From: Macrostomum lignano
Lineage: Eukaryota
Length of the DNA: 64,000 nucleotides
Assembly (NCBI GenBank): GCA_002269645.1
Contig: NIVC01003343.1
Location: 39,201 to 103,200 of the forward strand
Direction of reading: 5' to 3'
How positions within the stretch are numbered: the stretch's first letter is position 1; each line of letters opens with the position of its first letter. The notes under the pieces are model-generated. The model saw only the letters and a list, made by a program, of their open reading frames with translations. It ran no database searches and was not told where the DNA came from. The position numbers were made by a program, and so were the translations under genes. Below are positions 11,378 through 23,970 of the stretch, in pieces.

Positions 11378-13049
11378 GCCAAAGCATGATTGATAAATGC
11401 AAAAAATTGTTTAAATGCCTTATAATGAGCTTAAAAACCCGGAAAATGAGAATTTTATGCTTAAAAATGAACTTTTTATATTTTTTTCTATTTCACAATA
11501 ACTCTTCTGCATGATTCTATAAAGTACACACAAGATGTATTTTCTTAGGATTGATACACGCCAACAGTACAAGCCTTTTTTGGCATGCAAGGCCAATGCA
11601 TGCCTGAATTTTTGGGCGCATAATACATGATCTAGAGTGTGACAGTCTATAGTGTCATGCATTTTTACCTTTTTTATACATTGTGCTATTGCACAAAGCA
11701 TGCCAAAAAACTTTGCCAACTCCTTGATACATGCCATATATGTGGTAGTACATTGCTTGGGACCTTTTAGCATAGAGTTTTTCCCTGAAAACTGCATCCT
11801 TAGGAGTATAGGCCTAACATAGAATGCCTTTAAAGCATTTTGTACAAAATTTAAATTTCCAAATACAAGTCTATCTCTACATATCTCTACATATAAAAAT
11901 CAAAACTGTTTGTCTATGTGTGTATACAATTTTGATCACTATGGACTCCCAAACCGCTCAACCAAATTACATCAAACTTTACACCCACCCTAAACTCACT
12001 ATGGAGAATGTCTTAGGCTACTTTTAAATTTCCTAGACTCAAGTCTTCCTACCTAAAAGTACAAAAAACTGCTCAAAATGCACGATTTTTGCACTAAATC
12101 CTCCATAGCAAAGCTCTACTTCTACTGATTCTCTTCAAATTTGACACAGACAATCTTCAACTATTTTGGCACAATCATGTAAAATTTTGAGTCTCTAAGT
12201 TAATCCTGAGCATTGCTGTGCACTTTTAAAGTTAGGCTGTTTTTTCAGCATAGCAACCACCCCAACCTCTGCCCGCCTGCCTCTCTTTCCTGATCCTGAT
12301 CTGGGCCCAGATGTGTAAAAGGGTTTCAAAATTGACTAACTTTCAGCTGCCATAAGTTTGTTCCACATAAAGCGATTGACTTTAAACTGACACAATTCTT
12401 CATTGACTCATTCCTTATCTAAATGTAAAGTTTCAACTTTCTAACTTAATAAGAACAGAAACTGTAAGCATGTGAAATTTGTCTGCTTTTTTTATTGTTT
12501 GTGCCATTCACTCACTCATTTCTCCAGAGCCAGACGAAAGGTCAGGCGATAGGACTAAATGTACATGGCAATGTATAGTATTTTGGAATAGCTTTGTATA
12601 TGGCCTTTTCTGCATCCCTGTGGAGAGGCTACGTTTAGCCATCCATAACAGTTTAGTGAGAAATTCTAACCACTGTCTTCTGTATAGGCAAACTCTGCAA
12701 TAGTTTAACAGTGGATGGCAATAGGCAAATCAAGGCAAAAGATTTACGAAAAGGCGATACAATGCAATACAACCCTACTAAATTAGGCACACCATGGAAA
12801 TTTTCTTTTAAAGGTACTTTAAAATTTAAATGGCCTCCTAAGAAATGCATATTTCCTTGGTTGTTAGACTGATGCAGACTGCAGTGGAGCTGAAAATACA
12901 CAAATTCTTTTCAGGGCTTGCAAATTGGCAAGAAAGATAATATGATCAAGGGATGAGAACAGCCATGAGAGTACTATGTCCTACAAACTGGCTTTCTAAG
13001 CAGGAATGAGCAGACTTTTACCTCAAAGGCCAGAAAAGAATCCAGCTAA

Positions 13050-14080
13050 TGGCTGAGGGGGCAGTTGAGAGTGGAGAAAAGGAATAGACTATTTGAAAAG
13101 AGAGGAGAGGTGAGAGAGGGAATAAGAGAAAAGATAAAAGATAATAGGAAAGATGAGAGAGTGAGGACAATGAGAGGAGAGAGTATAAGAGCGAGTAGAG
13201 AGGAGAGAGTAGAGAGTTGCAGATGAGAGAGTAGAGAGAAGAGCAGAGAGGAGTTAGTAAAGAGGAGAAAGTAAAGATGAGAGAGTAAATGGAAGAGAGA
13301 AGAGATAGGTAGGTTGTATAGATGAGAGAGGTATAAGGAGAGATAAGAAATGAGAGATGAGAGATAAAGGAGGGGAGTGGAGAGAGAAGAGACAAGACAA
13401 GAGAGAGAGAGTATATAGAAGAGGGAAGAGAAGAGAAAAAAGGAGAAAAGGAAAGTGAGGAGACAAAAGAGGGGAAAGAAAAGAGCACAGAGGACAGAAT
13501 GAGAGAACATATAACACAGTAAAGATGACAGATGAAAGAGGGGGATGAGCTGAGAGCAGAGACGAAAATGAACAGAAGACAGATGGGAAAGTAGATAGAA
13601 CAGAGGAGAGATAAGAGACAAGAGATTACAGAGACAAGAGGAAAGACAAAGGGAGAGAGAAGTGAATGAGGCAAGAGGAGAGAAAAGAGGAGAATGGAAG
13701 GGAAAGAGTAGAGAAAAGAAAGATGGGAGAGGAGAGATAAGAGAGAGGGGAAAGCAGAGAGAAATGAAGAGATAGAAAAGAAGAGAGAGAAAAGAAAGGA
13801 GAGATCAGAGAGCAAACAAAGACAAGAGAGAAGAGAGGTGAAGGAAAAGACAAGAGAAGAGTGGGAGGAGAGGAAAGAGAAAAGAAGATAAAAGAAGATA
13901 AAAGAGATGAGATAAGAGATCAAAAAGAAGAGAAATGAGGGTAGATACAATAGAAGAAAGGAGAGAGGAAAGAGGAAAAAGAGAAGAGAGGAGAGGAGAG
14001 AGAGCAGAGAGAAGAGACAAGAGACAAGAGAGAAGAGAGGAAATAGAAGAGAAGATAGAAGTTTCAAAGGATCCAAGGGA
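13050..14080. repeat. About 1-kb GA-rich low-complexity purine tract
   Basis: Almost entirely A/G on the + strand. The long minus-strand L/S/F-rich ORFs are a by-product of this composition. Confidence 0.9.
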
Positions 14081-14138
14081 CGTAGGGAGAGTCAGAGGCA
14101 GAGGCCAGAGTTTGCCAATACATGTTTTAGGGTCAAAT

Positions 14139-14319
14139 CAGGGACTACTCAAACACTGGGACAGAAAACTAAAATTTTTTTACGAGGCTGGCTAGCAATT
14201 ATTTTCATTAAAGAGATGCTATGCTACTTTGTTGTGTATGGTTATTTTCTACTGCTGATGATAGACCAGCCTTGTAAAAAAAATTCTAGTTTCCCATCCC
14301 GGTGTTTGAGTAGTCCCTG
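14139..14319. mobile_element. hAT-type MITE, 181 bp
   Basis: TIRs of about 54 bp starting CAGGGACTACTCAAACAC, with a perfect 8-bp TSD GGTCAAAT (14131-14138 and 14320-14327). Confidence 0.92.
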
Positions 14320-15822
14320 GGTCAAATAGACATTAATTGCCTATTTAAACTAAAAAGCACCCTAGCCAACAAACAATAGGCCTATCATTGATAGTATCAA
14401 TGTTTGCCTCAAATTCTAATTGTACACAAATGTACTCTATTTTGTTTACCTTTATCTTACTAACTAACTATTAACAAGTTTTTGTTTCAGTATGACAGTA
14501 TGGGCTGATTTCCAAGAATACATCCAAAAATAGTTCCGGGGATTGAATTTCCCCGGGTTCAAATTCTACGGGTTTTAACAGCTTGTTGCTATATATATAT
14601 ATTAGGAGGTAAGGAAGCAAATTTCATTTAGGTGTATACCAGTACAAAATCCTGACATAGGGGATATGCCTTTGATAAGCCTAGGCCTATAATAATGAAT
14701 TGACATTTTAAATTAGGCAAAAAACTATTTTTTGCTACCTTGCCTTTATTGACAGTGCTGTCTAGTAAATAATAATGAAGGCAATAAAAAAAATAGCAAT
14801 GCAAAGCTAGGAGCTAAATATTTTGATGCTTTAATCTGTAAGAGAAATAAAAAATAAAGATGCCTGTAAAAAGGAACAAAAATAGAAGCCAGTTAATGTC
14901 ACTAAAAAACAATAACCTCTGCATTGACAGCGGACAAGGACCAGAAATAAAACTTAAACACGGCATTTCTTGATAAAAAAAGGTGAACTGTTGCTTTTAT
15001 AGAGGTGAATTAATCATTAATCAACGTCGAGCCGCAAAAAGACAAGATTGGTTAAGATGACTGTTTTGTGAGCAACGCAAATTCAATAATTTACCGTGCT
15101 TAAAAAACACGGTCAGCCATTTTGTTTTTAAAGGTTATAACAAAACAAAACTTTTTAATCAAGAAGTTTATTGTTTCTTTTATTGTATTTCTAATTAGCT
15201 AAAAGAAGAAAAGAAATTAGGTTTTTTTTCAAAGTATGAGTCATACATAAAATATTTGTGTTTTTATTACAGGTTTAACTTTCGTAATCAAAATCTTTTT
15301 TAGATTGTATCGTCATTGTTTGTCCTTAATAAACTTGTGGTGTTATCGTTAATAAGTTCTGTTCATGGTTTCCATGGTCGCTTTTAACCCTAAAGGTAAT
15401 TTTTTTTGCATTTCAGTTGTTATATGCATATTTTTTCGTACCTGTGTATTGTTATGTTAAACAGTTATAGGCCTAGTCCAGAAAGCATACTATACAAGTT
15501 TATATTTAAAAATTAAATGAAAGAAAACAACTAAAATATAATTTTGCAACAAAGAATTGGCGGTATATTTAATATAAGAGATGATTTTGGCATGCTTTGA
15601 ACATAAAATTAGTATGAATTTTCTCGAGTTTATGTGGTTTTAAAAAACTTAAAAATCCTTCAAAATCCATCTTTTTGAATAAAATAAAAAGTAGAGCACA
15701 TAATACATTTGATATTTGTAAGTAGTGAAAAATAGCCTTCTCTAAGGTCCATAAGTCCTCAAATTAATTGTTTATTAACAAAAAATAGAAACAAGAAATT
15801 GCAAATTGGTCAACTTGGATTT

Positions 15823-16344
15823 TTAAAAGGAAGTGCTATGCTTATCCCCACAGTCCCATGCTGATAATTCCAATTTTATCCACACAGATCTGTGTCAATA
15901 ATTTTCAGCTTATCTCCACGGCTAAGATTGTGCAGTTTTTTGTGTTTAGTTTTGTGTATTGACATTAAATCGATATTGTCATTATTATTAGTAATATTAT
16001 ATCATTATTATTATATAGGCCTATTGAAATTTGAATTTTGCAAGTCTCATTCGCCTCAATCTTTGGGTCATTTGGTAATTCTAAGCAAATTTAAAATTAA
16101 CCCTTTTACAATGATGAAAGTTTTAACAAAGTACTCAATATTGTTCTGTATTCAATACATGTAGTTTATTTGGAAGATTTGTAAAACAGTGAAAACAAAA
16201 AGACATCTTAAAAGATTAATTTTAAGGTTCTTTATTCCAATAAGCTGCTGTGGGGATAAGCTAGAAATTTTTGACATGGATCTGTGTGGATAAAATTGGA
16301 ATTATCAGGATGAGACCATGGAGATAAGCACTTCCTTTTTAAAA
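15823..16344. mobile_element. MITE with about 100-bp imperfect TIRs
   Basis: ttaaaaggaagtgc...ataattccaattttatccacacagatc at the left end is mirrored at about 16245-16344. TTAA-like ends; superfamily uncertain. Confidence 0.75.
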
Positions 16345-18236
16345 TGCTGTTTTGTTGTTTTTTACCTATTTATTCAATGATATAAAACATGAAAACAATA
16401 TTTTTATCCAGAACCATTTTTAAAGACTTTTTAGACTTTCTAAAAAAAAGCTTTTTTTAGATAAACCTACATTACCTTTCATTGAATGTCTACAGATTTG
16501 TTTTACCATTTACCATTTTGCCATATATTATAGTATCCACTAGAATGAAAATTGCTTCCCTAACTCATGTATGCTTATGTATTGTAGTAGTGCTTCAATA
16601 CTGTACGAATTTTGAGCAATAAAGGTATGTTTTCTTAGAAACTAAACTCGTGCAAAATACTAGATAAATATTTTGTTTTACTGTACCGAATATTTTTGTT
16701 TTACTGCGCGAAATAAATTGGGGAATTATTTTTTTGTTTTAATTGTATGGGGGGGAAACCACTATATATAGGAGCGATTTTATAGCAAATAAACCAACTG
16801 TCTGATACCTGTGAGCTATATTGCGAACAAAACAAGCAGTTCGATCTAAACCTTTCAAAGTCTTTGAGTTGAATAGCGACTTATTCATTTGCAAAACCTG
16901 TGAAACGATTCTAAGAAATTTGCTAAGAGAAGGGAAATTGGGACTAATTCTTGGAGATATACTAAGAGAGGCGCCGTGACCCTCTAGTCTCGGTAACGCC
17001 CGATTAGGACTATTCACTAATACATATACCAGTACTAGACCGCTCAGGCCATAAGCTACCAGAACGCTACCAGAAAGCAAGCCATACGCTACCAGAGACG
17101 CTACTAAGAACGCTACCCAGAAATATTTAAATGAAATTCTAAGAAATAGTTAGGGAGTAGAAACAAGTATAATCAGGATAACTGTAGGAATAATACCTGT
17201 CACAGCTGGTGGCAATAGTGGGATATTTAATAAACGCTAATAGTTAGAAGTTTAGAAAGACAGAGCCAGAAGGCCTGTCACAGTATGCTAGTAGACTTTT
17301 ATTGCACATGAAAATATGCCAAAACTAAAATGAAAAATTATGAGTAATATTTTAAGATATTAAAGAAATGATTAGCAAAAACTAATTAGTTTCTTGTAAA
17401 GAACCTATTTTAAGTTAACTATCTTTGTTTTACTTTTAGCTTTTCTCAACTATAATTTTTTATTAATTTTTAGAAGGGCAAACTATTCTTTTTGATCTAA
17501 ATGTAGCTACTTTAATATGTGCATAGAGATTGTGCCAAACTTAAACTTAATCATTTTTTGTATGCTATTTGTATGCTAATTGTATACATTGATTGGGACT
17601 TAGAACTTGGAACTTGGTACTTGGTACAGTTAAGCTGAGATTCATGCTCAACTTTCATCAGCTTATAGGTCTTAGCAATCATTTACCTATAGTCATTTTG
17701 CAGCATTCACTGCAGCTAGTTACCCATTTATCAGCTACTTTTTCAATATTTTGTTAATGTGTTGACATGCTATAGGTTTATAGTTAGGCTCTTGCTACAT
17801 TTTAGTTTATAACTTTTGCTTCCATTGTGTGTTCTTAATGATTCCAAACTTACTATGAAGAAAAGAGTTGTTGCTATAAATCTGTGAAAAATGAGGTCAT
17901 TTTGGGTCAACAGAATGAGAGATATAATCAAAAGTAATACTACTTTTGGGATAGCCCTTGTAATATCTAAATGAGTCAGCAATGTAAAAGTATACTATTT
18001 GACTATTTTGACTATATAACTATAACTATTTTTGACTATATAACTATAGCATAGTTGCAATACTATTAGAGCAAAAATAAATTTAAACATTGAGAAAGAC
18101 CCCCCAGTGACATGAACCAGCTGCAGCTGCTTTATCTCTTAAAGTACATCTTAAATTACTTATATAAACATCTTATATAAAAGTAAAATAATTGTTTTCT
18201 TTGTCATTGTCTAATACAGTAAGAAGCAAAATGTAT

Positions 18237-19224
18237 TGTTGTACCTGTGTTTGTCCTGCTGTACAGCGCAGTGACTTAGGCTTCATCCTCTCACTTAGAA
18301 GCCTTCTTAACTTTAGTAGCATAGGTAGTGCTACCACCAGTTCCTTCAGGTCTCGGCCTTCGGTGAGGTGAGCTTCCCGTCGGAACGAAATAATGAAGTC
18401 AACGAACACAGCACGACGTGCAGATTTGCAGCTCAACGTATAAGGCGTCTCGTCAGCAGTACCTGCCGGGCTAGGATGGTAGAGGGAGGGCTGAGTTAGC
18501 CTCTCGTAGACTTGGGTTGACTTGTTCGGGTTTCAGTCGGAGCAATAGGAATAGAGTCAATATGCGCAAAGGCTCGGACACTTGGGGATTTGGTCACACG
18601 CAGACGTAGAACTCGAGGTTGAACAGAAAGAAGACTCCTTGACGGAAACAAGGGGGAGAGAGCTCCTATTTATAGCCGGGAAACACCCACGCAGAAGACC
18701 TCGTGACTTGTTCTATTTTTAGAACTGACGTCACTCGAGAGTCTTGGGCAGGGTACAAGCGTGCGGAAGACCTCGTGACTTGTTCTATTTTTAGAACTGA
18801 CGTCACTTGAGGTCCCCGGCCAGAGTACACGCGGCTGTGACTCAGTTGCTATTTTTAGCAACATGAGTCACTCCTCTCCTTAGAGAAGGGGAGGGTCCGA
18901 AAGCACGTGACTCACCTGGTAAACAGGGCCAACGAGTGCAGTAAACATGTTTACTGCACTTTAAGACTCAAAGAACGCAAGAACTGTCATGTGACTTGCT
19001 CACAAGACAGGGAAAACGGGACGGGAGCAAAACAGAGACAGCCCACAGCTGAGAGGCTGGGGGCTGAGAACAGAGACGCAGAAGGCCAGAACAGGCCACG
19101 GGCAGCAACAGACAAACGAAAGGGAGGGGCGGGAAGCTGACCAGCGGCAGACAGCAACCCAGGGCGGAGGCGAGGGAACAGCTGACAAGGGCGACGCCTA
19201 ACCATAAACTAGCGGCTCACTACA
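18237..19224 (-). mobile_element. LTR family B solo LTR (988 bp)
   Basis: Minus-strand termini TGTAGTGAG...GGTACAACA with a 4-bp TSD GTAT (18233-18236 and 19225-19228). TATA-like CTATAAATAG at 18666-18675 (minus strand) downstream of a duplicated 72-bp block. Confidence 0.85.
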
Positions 19225-19873
19225 GTATATTTGTATAGTCATAGGAAGAAATTTCATTTACATTAATAGTTACATTAAGTAAGCTAAATGTTAATGACAA
19301 GAACCACTAGAAGTTACTATTGTATCAATATACTAATAGAATGTTTATTTATTTTTAGAGTTTATAAAATATCTTATTAATTGCATTGCATTGCATATAT
19401 AAGCAATATAAATCAATAGAAGAGTAATATAGATCTATATTATTTATAACATAGCCCCTATTAGCAGATCTGCTAAACAAAGTCTTATTACTTTATATTG
19501 TATATTAAACTATGCATTTCTTTGATTAGGCTAGCATTTTGTCTTGCTTAGAATCTAGTGCAAATACACTCTTTTGATTTTTGCTATTATAGATTCATCC
19601 TTCAAGCTATCCTGAAATTAAACGATTGCATAGTCACTGATATAATAAATAGCCTTGCATTATTGTGGTAAAGAAGATAGGTCTCTATTCTTTGTACCCT
19701 TTCTTGTAAATAGTGGACTTAAATAATAAAGGTTTTTTCTTTGAATTCTTCATAAAAAAGAAAAAGAAAAACATTACTTCATTTATAATACTGGTTGCCA
19801 TGATTAAATAGTAAAAAATAATTTCCATTGACTAATTCCCAACTAACCTCTTGCCATCTGTAATACGAAACAG

Positions 19874-20209
19874 GTCGCACAGCGCTGGGACTGTGCTGCA
19901 TTTTGACCATCATTGGTGCATCGTTGGGTAACAAAATTCAACTGCAAGCACCCAACGGTGATCCTGTAGCCAGCTACAAGGCCGCTCTGTATTGGAACAC
20001 TGGGCGAGTTGTGATTGATCCGCCTATTCGAGCTGTGTTCCATCATCAAGACCATGGTCACAGCTCAACTGATTTTATCTGTGGCTTCAAGTTGCACCAG
20101 CGAGATAGCGTTGCACCGCCTGTGGAAATCCATTTGAGCAATCCGGTGCTTGGTACTGGGCGTCTGTTTGCTAAGGATGGCGTGAATCTGTCTGTGTACG
20201 ATGGCAAAG
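19874..20209 (+). CDS. CLSTN: Calsyntenin, first visible coding exon (signal peptide remainder plus cadherin repeat 1)
   Basis: Acceptor cAG at 19872-19873. Encodes RTALGLCCILTIIGASLG, VVIDPPIRAV and FICGFKLH. Donor GT at 20210, phase 1. Confidence 0.8.
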
Positions 20210-20294
20210 GTAAATTCTTCTCAATAATAAGTTCGCTTTGTGTACTTCAAGGCTTGCTGTATACTTGAGAGAAAATGTTACATTAGGAGGTTGT

Positions 20295-20495
20295 AAAGCG
20301 TCGACTCACGACTTGAAGGTCGGGGGTTCGATTCCCGACGATCCCACTCGAAACAATTTGTGTCCTTGAGCAAGACACTCAACTCCGCATTGCTTCAGTT
20401 CACCCAGCTGTAAAATGGGTGCCAGCATTAGCTGGGGTAATTGAGGCTGTGTGTGGCGAGCCCCCAGTCCTTGGACTAAACAGCTGTTATTATTA
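20295..20495 (+). mobile_element. CORE-type SINE, copy 2 (3' part deleted)
   Basis: B box, CORE-like segment and tail present; about 60 bp of the 3' body is missing relative to copies 3 and 4. Confidence 0.85.
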
Positions 20496-20632
20496 TATGT
20501 ACTTTAAGAGATAGAGCAGCTGGTTCACGTCACTGGGGGGGGGCTATTTTTAGACAAGTCTTTCTTAATGCTTAATCCTAATCACTAGATAAACAATCCC
20601 CAATGAAAAAATATACATTTCTAATTTTCTAG

Positions 20633-20980
20633 ACAAAGCTAGTGCCAATGAAACTTCGAGTCCAACCGGCGTGTATTTTGACTTCGACATCTCGGCATTC
20701 GATTGCAATGGGCCTAAACTGCAGCGCCAGTCAGCTCGGGTGCCTGTGATGCTGCGCCTGACTGAGTGGGAGACACCAAAGTTCAGTCATCCCTCCTACG
20801 CCGCCATTGTGGCCCAGAACTCGCCTATCGGCACTGAAGTGTTGCGAGTTGCAGCTTCTGAACAGCACGCATCGGCCAGTGTTTGCCGATACGAGATTGA
20901 GAACGACCCCCTGGCAGTTGCTTCTTCTGGAGCTGATGGTGGTCCGCCTGCGGCTGTGCCGTTTGATATCGATGGCCATG
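20633..20980 (+). CDS. CLSTN: Calsyntenin exon (cadherin repeats 1-2)
   Basis: Acceptor ttttctAG, donor GTGCGT. Encodes FDISAFDC, PKFSHPSYAAIV, VCRYEI and VPFDIDGHG. Phases match on both sides. Confidence 0.88.
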
Positions 20981-21129
20981 GTGCGTTTGCAGTTGCTAAT
21001 GGCTCACGACTGCAAGGGTCTCAAGAACTGAGCTGAAGTGCTAGTTGTCTTTAGATAGACGTCTGTTGCCTCCAGATGGAGTTGAGGTTGTATAGATGAA
21101 TATCGTTGTATCTAGATAGATTTTATTGT

Positions 21130-21950
21130 CTCTAGATACATTTTAGTGCCTCTAGATGTGTCAGGGTCTTTAGATGGGAGTCAGTGTCTCTAGATGTGTC
21201 AGTGTCTTTAGATGGGAGTCAGTGTCTCTAGATGGGAGTCAGTGTCTTTAGATATGCGTCAGTGTCTCTAAATGGATATCAGTGTCTCTAGATAGAAGTC
21301 AATGTCTATAGATAAAAGTCAGTGTCTCTAGATGGGATTAAGTGTCTCTACATGGGAGTTAGTGTCTCTAGATGGGAGTCAGTGTCTCTAGATGGGAGTC
21401 AGTGTCTCTAGATGGGAGTTAGTGTCTCTAGATGGGAGTCAGTGTCTCTAGATGGGAGTCAGTGTCTCTAGATGGGAGTCAGTGTCTCTAGATGGGAGTC
21501 TGTCTTTAGATGGGAGTCAATGTCTCTAGATGAGTGTCAGTGTCTCTAGATGGGTGTCAGTGTCTCTAGATGGGAGTCAGTGTCTCTAGATGGGAGTCAG
21601 TGTCTCTAGATGGGAGTCAGTGTCTCTAGATGGAAGTCAGTGTCTCTAGATAGCGGTCAGTGTCTCTAGATGGGAGTCAGTGTCTCTAGATGGGAGTCAG
21701 TGTCTCTAGATGGAAGTCAGTGTCTTTAGATAGGCGTCAGTGTCTCTAAATGGGAGTCAGTGTCTCTAGATGAGTGTCAGTGTCTCTAGATGAGTGTCAG
21801 TGTCTCTAGATGGATGTCAGTGTCTCTAGATGAAAGTCAGTGTCTCTAGATGGATGTCAGTGTCTCTAGATGAAAGTCAGTGTCTCTAGATGGATGTCAG
21901 TGTCTAGATGAAAGTCAGTGTCTCTAGATAGGGAGTCAAAGTCTCTGGAT
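21130..21950. repeat. 20-bp minisatellite (gggagtcagtgtctctagat)n
   Basis: Directly visible, about 40 copies. Confidence 0.95.
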
Positions 21951-22435
21951 AAATTTCAGGTTTTTTACGTGAATCTAGTCTGTAGTGAATTTAAAAAATA
22001 AATTTTTATAATTTGCCTATTTGAAAGTCATTTTTGGGTCACTTCGGGTAAGAAGAGTGATGATTATGTCTTTAGATGTATGATGATATGCTGGCTAATC
22101 TGTATCTCTAGACTAGATAGAGATCATTATCTAAAAGTGTAGACCCGCCATGTGATGAAAAGCCTAACTAGCTCTTCTCGACTAACTCTTACAAAGAATG
22201 TTAATTAGTAAACTAGGGGTTGGAGTGGCGCTAAATCTTATTTATAAAGCTAATGTGCCTGAGTAGTGCTATTGTAAAACTTTTCGGAAGAGCAGTTTCT
22301 AAGGAAACGAACCTTTGCTGTTAATTAGAAGTGACTCAAGCTTAATTAGCTAAATGAGTCTGAGACTACAGCATGCATAGTAATGGATTTTCGCTGCCTT
22401 TTTTCAGCAAGACTTTTTTGAAAATATAAGCTAAA

Positions 22436-23078
22436 AAGCAGATGCCATACCCTCTGAGTGCTCAATCCTTGATTAGCAGATGCCATACCCTCTGAGTGCT
22501 CAATCCTTGATTAGCAGATGCCATACCCTCTGAGTGCTCAATCCTTGATGAGCAGATACCATTCCCTCTGAGTGCTCAATCCTTGATTAGCAGATGCCAT
22601 ACCCTCTGAGTGCTCAATCCTTGATTAGCAGATGCCATACCCTCTGAGTGCTCAATCCTTGATGAGCAGATGCCATACCCTCTGAGTGCTCAATCCTTGA
22701 TGAGCAGATGCCATACCCTCTGAGTGCTCAATCCTTGATGAGCAGATGCCATACCCTCTGAGTGCTCAATCCTTGATTAGCAGATGCCATACCCTCTGAG
22801 TGCTCAATCCTTGATGAGCAGATGCCATTCCCTCTGAGTGCTCAATCCTTGATGAGCAGATACCATTCCCTCTGAGTGCTCAATCCTTGATGAGCAAATG
22901 CCATACCCTCTCCTGAGTGCTGAATCCTTGATGAGCAGATGCCATACCCTCTGAGTGCTCAATCCTTGATTAGCAGATGCCATACCCTCTGAGTGCTCAA
23001 TCCTTGATGAGCAGATGCCATACCCTCTGAGTGCTCAATCCTTGATGAGCAGATGCCATACCCTCTCCTGAGTGCTCA
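22436..23078. repeat. 38-bp minisatellite (agcagatgccataccctctgagtgctcaatccttgatt)n
   Basis: About 17 near-identical copies ending about 20 bp before a splice acceptor. Confidence 0.95.
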
Positions 23079-23099
23079 ACCACCGTTGCCAATTTTCAG

Positions 23100-23309
23100 G
23101 TTCAATCTATCTGAAAACGCCACTGGTTGCCAAGACAACCAAGCAACGCTTTCACCTGCGAGTAACCGCCAGCGATTGCAGCGTACCGGAGTCGCGGAAA
23201 TCTTCAGTTAGTGTTATTATTGTTGTCCAACCTGCTTCTGGAGTTGCGGCTAACAACACTGAACATCGTGACACTGCAAAACCGACTACCCTGTCTGCTA
23301 AATGGTTGA
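23100..23309 (+). CDS. CLSTN: Calsyntenin exon (end of cadherin repeat 2)
   Basis: Acceptor ttttcAG, donor GTAAGT. Encodes FHLRVTASDC. Confidence 0.88.
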
Positions 23310-23689
23310 GTAAGTCGCTAATATCGATTCTTATTATTATTATTAGGGTTAGATGAGAGAAGATTATAGGGGAGAGAGAAGAGGTGAGAGATGAGAAAAT
23401 ACCCTATTTAAAGGACCCAAGTCAACAATAAAATCAATTTAGGCTTGCGCAGTAGAAGAGAGCTCTGAATATATATAATAGAGCGCCTGAGATGAGAGTT
23501 TGGAAATTTGATTTTTATTCTGTGACTGTCTCCAGAGACTGCAAGATATCCGACAGCAAAGTGGATTAGAGAATTGAGCTGCCACTGACTGTGGCCTCGA
23601 ATTGATGCACTCGAACAGTTTATTGAACTTTTATATAGGTTTTTGTCTGCTGGTTGCTGACAGTAAACTGTCTAGTGCTTTATTTTAGT

Positions 23690-23970
23690 GAGGATTCCAG
23701 GGTGTTTATTCGGGAGGGTACCAGGGTGTTTATTCGGGAGGGTACCAGGGTGTTTATTCGGGAGGATTCCAGGGTGTTTATTCGAGAGGGTTCCAGGGTT
23801 TTTATTTGGGAGGGTTCCAGAGTGTTTATTCGAGAGGGTTCCAGGGTTTTTATTTGGGAGGGTTCCAGGGTGTTTATTCGAGAGGGTTCCAGGGTGTTTA
23901 TTTAGGATGGTTCCAGGGTGTTTAATCAGGATGGTTCCGGGTGTTTATCAAGAAGGTTCCTGGGTATCTT
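23690..23970. repeat. 24-bp minisatellite (ttccagggtgtttattcgggaggg)n
   Basis: About 11 copies. Confidence 0.9.

Noticed and set aside
13018-14076. 352-aa hydrophobic membrane-protein ORF
   Set aside because: It is the translation of the pyrimidine strand of a GA-rich low-complexity tract.
16790-16980. Non-LTR retrotransposon C-terminal remnant (LFICKTCETILRNLL)
   Set aside because: Too short and interrupted by stops; no RT or endonuclease motif recognised.
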